From Macrostomum lignano (lineage: Eukaryota), in assembly GCA_002269645.1 (NCBI GenBank), contig NIVC01000258.1:1-64000 (forward strand): DNA of 64,000 bases, in the 5' to 3' direction. The translations under genes and the position numbers were made by a program. The notes beneath the pieces were generated by a model. That model did not search any database. It was not told the origin of the DNA and saw only the letters and a list, made by a program, of their open reading frames with translations. Below are positions 58,201 to 64,000 of the stretch, piece after piece; position 1 is the first letter of the stretch, and each line of letters opens with the position of its first letter.

Positions 58201-61200
58201 CAGCTGTGTTTCATGTCTCTCTCACTGTCTCCTGTCTCTTTAGCTGTGTCTTCTGTCTCTCTAGCTGTGTCTCCTGTCTCTCCAGCTGTGTTTCATGTCT
58301 CTCTCACTGTGTCTCCTGTCTCTTTAGCTGTGTCTTCTGTCTCTCTAGCTGTGTCTCCTGTCTCTCCAGCTGTGTTTCATGTCTCTCTCACTGTGTCTCC
58401 TGTCTCTTTAGCTGTGTCTTCTGTCTCTCTAGCTGTGTCTCCTGTCTCTCCAGCTGCGTTTCATGTCTCTCTCACTGTGTCTCCTGTCTCTTTAGCTGTG
58501 TCTTCTGTCTCTCTAGCTGTGTCTCCTGTCTCTTAGCTGTGTCTTCTGTCTCTCTAGCTGTGTCTCCTGTCTCTCCAGCTGTGTTTCATGTCTCTCTCAC
58601 TGTGTCTCCTGTCTCTTTAGCTGTGTCTTCTGTCTCTCTAGCTGTGTCTCCTGTCTCTTTAGCTGTGTCTTCTGTCTCTCTCACTGTGTCTCCTGTCTCT
58701 TTAGCTGTGTCTTCTGTCTCTCTAGCTGTGTCTCCTGTCTCTAGCTGTGTTTCTGTCTCTCTACTGTGTCTCCTGTCTCTAGCTGTGTCTTCTGTCTCTC
58801 TACTGTGTCTCCTGTCTCTCCAGCTGTGTTTCATGTCTCTCTCACTGTGTCTCCTGTCTCTTTAGCTGTGTCTTCTGTCTCTCTAGCTGTGTCTCCTGTC
58901 TCTCCAGCTGTGTTTCATGTCTCTCTCACTGTGTCTCCTGTCTCTTTAGCTGTGTCTTCTGTCTCTCTAGCTGTGTCTCCTGTCTCTCCAGCTGTGTTTC
59001 ATGTCTCTCTCACTGTGTCTCCTGTCTCTTTAGCTGTGTCTTCTGTCTCTCTAGCTGTGTCTCCTGTCTCTCTAGCTGTGTCTTCTGTCTCTCTAGCTGT
59101 GTCTCCTGTCTCTCCAGCTGTGTTTCATGTCTCTCTCACTGTGTCTCCTGTCTCTTTAGCTGTGTCTTCTGTCTCTCTAGCTGTGTCTCCTGTCTCTCTA
59201 GCTGTGTCTTCTGTCTCTCTAGCTGTGTCTCCTGTCTCTCCAGCTGTGTTTCATGTCTCTCTCACTGTGTCTCCTGTCTCTTTAGCTGTGTCTTCTGTCT
59301 CTCTAGCTGTGTCTCCTGTCTCTCCAGCTGTGTCTCCTGTCTCTCTAGCTGTGTCTCCTGTCTCTCCAGCTGTGTTTCATGTCTCTCTCACTGTGTCTCC
59401 TGTCTCTTTAGCTGTGTCTTCTGTCTCTCTAGCTGTGTCTCCTGTCTCTCCAGCTGTGTTTCATGTCTCTCTCACTGTGTCTCCTGTCTCTTTAGCTGTG
59501 TCTTCTGTCTCTCTAGCTGTGTCTCCTGTCTCTCCAGCTGTGTTTCATGTCTCTCTCACTGTGTCTCCTGTCTCTTTAGCTGTGTCTTCTGTCTCTCTAG
59601 CTGTGTCTCCTGTCTCTCAGCTGTGTCTTCTGTCTCTCAGCTGTGTTTCATGTCTCTCTCACTGTCTCCTGTCTCTTTAGCTGTGTCTTCTGTCTCTCTA
59701 GCTGTGTTTCATGTCTCTCTCACTGTGTCTCCTGTCTCTTTAGCTGTGTCTTCTGTCTCTCTAGCTGTGTCTCCTGTCTCTCAGCTGTGTCTTCTGTCTC
59801 TCTCACTGTGTCTCCTGTCTCTTAGCTGTGTCTTCTGTCTCTCTAGCTGTGTCTCCTGTCTCTCCAGCTGTGTTTCATGTCTCTCTCACTGTGTCTCCTG
59901 TCTCTTTAGCTGTGTCTTCTGTCTCTCTAGCTGTGTCTCCTGTCTCTCCAGCTGTGTTTCATGTCTCTCTCACTGTGTCTCCTGTCTCTTTAGCTGTGTC
60001 TTCTGTCTCTCTAGCTGTGTCTCCTGTCTCTCCAGCTGTGTTTCATGTCTCTCTCACTGTGTCTCCTGTCTCTTTAGCTGTGTCTTCTGTCTCTCTAGCT
60101 GTGTCTCCTGTCTCTCCAGCTGTGTTTCATGTCTCTCTCACTGTGTCTCCTGTCTCTTTAGCTGTGTCTTCTGTCTCTCTAGCTGTGTCTCCTGTCTCTC
60201 TAGCTGTGTCTTCTGTCTCTCTAGCTGTGTCTTCTGTCTCTCCAGCTGTGTCTCCTGTCTCTCTAGCTGTGTCTTCTGTCTCTCTAGCTGTGTCTCCTGT
60301 CTCTCCAGCTGTGTTTCATGTCTCTCTCACTGTGTCTCCTGTCTCTTTAGCTGTGTCTTCTGTCTCTCCAGCTGTGTCTCCTGTCTCCAGCTGTGTTTCA
60401 TGTCTCTCTCACTGTGTCTCCTGTCTCTTTAGCTGTGTCTTCTGTCTCTCTAGCTGTGTCTCCTGTCTCTCCAGCTGTGTTTCATGTCTCTCTCACTGTG
60501 TCTCCTGTCTCTTTAGCTGTGTCTTCTGTCTCTCTAGCTGTGTCTCCTGTCTCTCCAGCTGTGTTTCATGTCTCTCTCACTGTGTCTCCTGTCTCTTTAG
60601 CTGTGTCTTCTGTCTCTCTAGCTGTGTCTCCTGTCTCTCCAGCTGTGTTTCATGTCTCTCTCACTGTGTCTCCTGTCTCTTTAGCTGTGTCTTCTGTCTC
60701 TCTAGCTGTGTCTCCTGTCTCTCCAGCTGTGTTTCATGTCTCTCTCACTGTGTCTCCTGTCTCTTTAGCTGTGTCTTCTGTCTCTCTAGCTGTGTCTCCT
60801 GTCTCTCCAGCTGTGTTTCATGTCTCTCTCACTGTGTCTCCTGTCTCTTTAGCTGTGTCTTCTGTCTCTCTAGCTGTGTCTCCTGTCTCTCCAGCTGTGT
60901 TTCATGTCTCTCTCACTGTGTCTCCTGTCTCTTTAGCTATGTCTCCTGTCTCTTTAGCTGTGTCTTCTGTCTCTCTAGCTGTGTCTCCTGTCTCTCCAGC
61001 TGTGTTTCATGTCTCTCTCACTGTCTCCTGTCTCTTTAGCTGTGTCTTCTGTCTCTCTAGCTGTGTCTCCTGTCTCTCCAGCTGTGTTTCATGTCTCTCT
61101 CACTGTGTCTCCTGTCTCTTTAGCTGTGTCTTCTGTCTCTCTAGCTGTGTCTCCTGTCTCTCCAGCTGTGTTTCATGTCTCTCTCACTGTGTCTCCTGTC

Positions 61201-63480
61201 TCTTTAGCTGTGTCTTCTGTCTCTCTAGCTGTGTCTCCTGTCTCTCCAGCTGTGTTTCATGTCTCTCTCACTGTGTCTCCTGTCTCTTTAGCTGTGTCTT
61301 CTGTCTCTCTAGCTGTGTCTCCTGTCTCTCTAGCTGTGTCTTCTGTCTCTCTAGCTGTGTCTCCGGTCTCTCCAGCTGTGTTTCATGTCTCTCCCACTGT
61401 GTCTCCTGTCTCTTTAGCTGTGTCTCCTGTCTCTCTGGCTGTGTCTCCTGTCTCTTTAGCTGTGTCTTCTGTCTCTCTCACTGTGTCTCCTGTCTCTTTA
61501 GCTGTGTCTTCTGTCTCTCTAGCTGTGTCTCCTGTCTCTCTAGCTGTGTCTTCTGTCTCTCTAGCTGTGTCTCCGGTCTCTCCAGCTGTGTTTCATGTCT
61601 CTCTCACTGTGTCTCCTGTCTCTCCAGCTGTGTTTCATGTCTCTCTCACTGTGTCTCCTGTCTCTTTAGCTGTGTCTTCTGTCTCTCTAGCTGTGTCTCC
61701 TGTCTCTCCAGCTGTGTTTCATGTCTCTCTCACTGTGTCTCCTGTCTCTTTAGCTGTGTCTTCTGTCTCTCTAGCTGTGTCTCCTGTCTCTCCAGCTGTG
61801 TTTCATGTCTCTCTCACTGTGTCTCCTGTCTCTTTAGCTGTGTCTTCTGTCTCTCTAGCTGTGTCTCCTGTCTCTTTAGCTGTGTCTTCTGTCTCTCTAG
61901 CTGTGTCTCCTGTCTCTCTAGCTGTGTTTCATGTCTCTCTCACTGTGTCTCCTGTCTCTTTAGCTGTGTCTTCTGTCTCTCTAGCTGTGTCTCCTGTCTC
62001 TCCAGCTGTGTTTCATGTCTCTCTCACTGTGTCTCCTGTCTCTTTAGCTGTGTTTCATGTCTCTCTCACTGTGTCTCCTGTCTCTTTAGCTGTGTCTTCT
62101 GTCTCTCTAGCTGTGTCTCCTGTCTCTCCAGCTGTGTTTCATGTCTCTCTCACTGTGTCTCCTGTCTCTTTAGCTGTGTCTTCTGTCTCTCTAGCTGTGT
62201 CTCCTGTCTCTCCAGCTGTGTTTCATGTCTCTCTCACTGTGTCTCCTGTCTCTTTAGCTGTGTCTTCTGTCTCTCTAGCTGTGTCTCCTGTCTCTCTAGC
62301 TGTGTCTTCTGTCTCTCCAGCTGTGTTTCATGTCTCTCTCACTGTCTCCTGTCTCTTTAGCTGTGTCTTCTGTCTCTCTAGCTGTGTCTCCTGTCTCTCC
62401 AGCTGTGTTTCATGTCTCTCTCACTGTGTCTCCTGTCTCTTTAGCTGTGTCTTCTGTCTCTCTAGCTGTGTCTCCTGTCTCTCAGCTGTGTCTCTGTCTC
62501 TCTAGCTGTGTCTCCTGTCTCTTAGCTGTGTCTCTGTCTCTCTAGCTGTGTCTCCTGTCTCTCCAGCTGTGTTTCATGTCTCTCTCACTGTGTCTCCTGT
62601 CTCTTTAGCTGTGTCTTCTGTCTCTCTAGCTGTGTCTCCTGTCTCTCCAGCTGTGTTTCATGTCTCTCTCACTGTGTCTCCTGTCTCTTTAGCTGTGTCT
62701 TCTGTCTCTCACTGTGTCTCCTGTCTCTCAGCTGTGTTTCATGTCTCTCTCACTGTGTCTCCTGTCTCTTTAGCTGTGTCTTCTGTCTCTCTAGCTGTGT
62801 CTCCTGTCTCTCCAGCTGTGTTTCATGTCTCTCTCACTGTGTCTCCTGTCTCTTTAGCTGTGTCTTCTGTCTCTCTAGCTGTGTCTCCTGTCTCTCCAGC
62901 TGTGTTTCATGTCTCTCTCACTGTGTCTCCTGTCTCTTTAGCTGTGTCTTCTGTCTCTCTAGCTGTGTCTCCTGTCTCTCCAGCTGTGTTTCATGTCTCT
63001 CTCACTGTGTCTCCTGTCTCTTTAGCTGTGTCTTCTGTCTCTCTAGCTGTGTCTCCTGTCTCTCCAGCTGTGTTTCATGTCTCTCTCACTGTGTCTCCTG
63101 TCTCTTTAGCTGTGTCTTCTGTCTCTCTAGCTGTGTCTCCTGTCTCTCCAGCTGTGTTTCATGTCTCTCTCACTGTGTCTCCTGTCTCTTTAGCTGTGTC
63201 TTCTGTCTCTCTAGCTGTGTCTCCTGTCTCTCCAGCTGTGTTTCTGTCTCTCTACTGTGTCTCCTGTCTCTCCAGCTGTGTCTTCATGTCTCTCACTGTG
63301 TCTCCTGTCTCTTTAGCTGTGTCTCTGTCTCTCTAGCTGTGTCTCCTGTCTCTTAGCTGTGTCTTCTGTCTCTCTCACTGTGTCTCCTGTCTCTCTAGCT
63401 GTGTTTCTGTCTCTCTAGCTGTGTCTCCTGTCTCTCCAGCTGTGTTTCATGTCTCTCCACTGTGTCTCCTGTCTCTTTAG

Positions 63481-64000
63481 CTGTGTTCCTGTCTCTCTGG
63501 CTGTGTCTCCTGTCTCTTAGCTGTGTCTTCTGTCTCTCTAGCTGTGTCTCCTGTCTCTTAGCTGTGTCTTCTGTCTCTCAGCTGTGTCTCCTGTCTCTTA
63601 GCTGTGTCTTCTGTCTCTCTAGCTGTGTCTCCTGTCTCTCTAGCTGTGTCTCTGTCTCTCTAGCTGTGTCTCCTGTCTCTCTAGCTGTGTCTTCTGTCTC
63701 TCTAGCTGTGTCTCCTGTTTCTAGTGTCTTCTGTCTCTCTAGCTGTGTCTCCTGTCTCTTTAGCTGTGTCTCCTGTCTCTCTAGCTGTGTCTCCTGTCTT
63801 TCTAGCTGTGTCTCCTGTCTCTCTAGCTGTGTGTCTCCTGTCTCTCTAGCTGCGTCTCCTGTCTCTCTAGCTGTGTCTCCTGTCTCTCTAGCTGTGTCTC
63901 CTGTCTCTCCAGCTGTGTCTCCTGTCTCTCTAGCTGTGTCTCCTGTCTCTCTAGCTGTGTCTCCTGTCTCTCCAGCTGTGTCTCCTGTCTCTCTAGCTGC
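63481..64000. repeat. Terminal satellite domain lacking monomer D, dominated by monomer E (ctgtgtctcctgtctctctag)
   Basis: Last D-like monomer is 63440-63459 and last B-like ends at 63742. From 63850 the order is E*,E,C,E,E,C,E. Confidence 0.85.

Larger units (their letters stand above)
2351..64000. repeat. Large satellite array: 21-bp monomers in an 84-bp ABCD higher-order repeat; about 730 HOR equivalents (~2,900 monomers); runs off the right edge of the window
   Basis: First canonical unit: A 2551-2571, B 2572-2592, preceded by C 2509-2529 and D 2530-2550. The ORF track shows the 28-aa period. Consensus is 76% pyrimidine on + (64/84), ~49% GC, with no CpG. About 28 apparently perfect units run from 16951 to 19344. 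Confidence 0.99.

Noticed and set aside
2453-63336. Dozens of long + strand ORFs (SCVSCL... and AVSPVS..., up to 984 aa)
   Set aside because: Two of three + frames lack stops only because the A-poor 84-bp unit is a multiple of 3. Overlapping frames are equally open, starts are GTG/ATG inside the repeat, and frequent non-triplet indels shift frames freely. Not Cys-rich or keratin-associated proteins.
10-64000. CRISPR array or prokaryotic repeat-spacer system
   Set aside because: Repeats are contiguous with no unique spacers, and there are no cas or other genes.
2351-64000. SMAD-binding-element array (GTCT repeated)
   Set aside because: The canonical context is GTCTG/CAGAC, whereas the array has GTCTC/GTCTT; a 4-mer is uninformative in CT/GT-rich DNA.
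2351-64000. Assignment as a centromere or a named satellite family
   Set aside because: I do not recognise the consensus and see no CENP-B box. This needs Dfam/Repbase searches and CENP-A data.

Overview
The window is almost entirely tandem-repeat DNA, probably eukaryotic (vertebrate-like is an inference from motif content only). It has three parts. (1) A C-rich minisatellite of 21-25 bp units, ~10-1477. (2) A ~870 bp unique island, 1478-2350, CpG-rich on the left and AT-richer on the right. (3) A ~61.6 kb pyrimidine-rich satellite from 2351 to the window end, built from 21-bp monomers in an 84-bp four-monomer higher-order repeat (A ctgtgtctcctgtctctttag, B ctgtgtcttctgtctctctag, C ctgtgtctcctgtctctccag, D ctgtgtttcatgtctctctca). 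I find no credible protein-coding gene, RNA gene, transposase or CRISPR array; the ORF track is a by-product of the repeats. I cannot support a new biological system from sequence alone. The best leads are a single 45-bp perfect fold-back palindrome at 40244-40288, a CTCF-like motif in the minisatellite units, functional-looking motifs in every 84-bp unit (branch point plus 3' splice site, RSS heptamer, AGCT), and variant markers recording the array's history, including a change of repeat architecture at the right edge. All counts are by hand and approximate.
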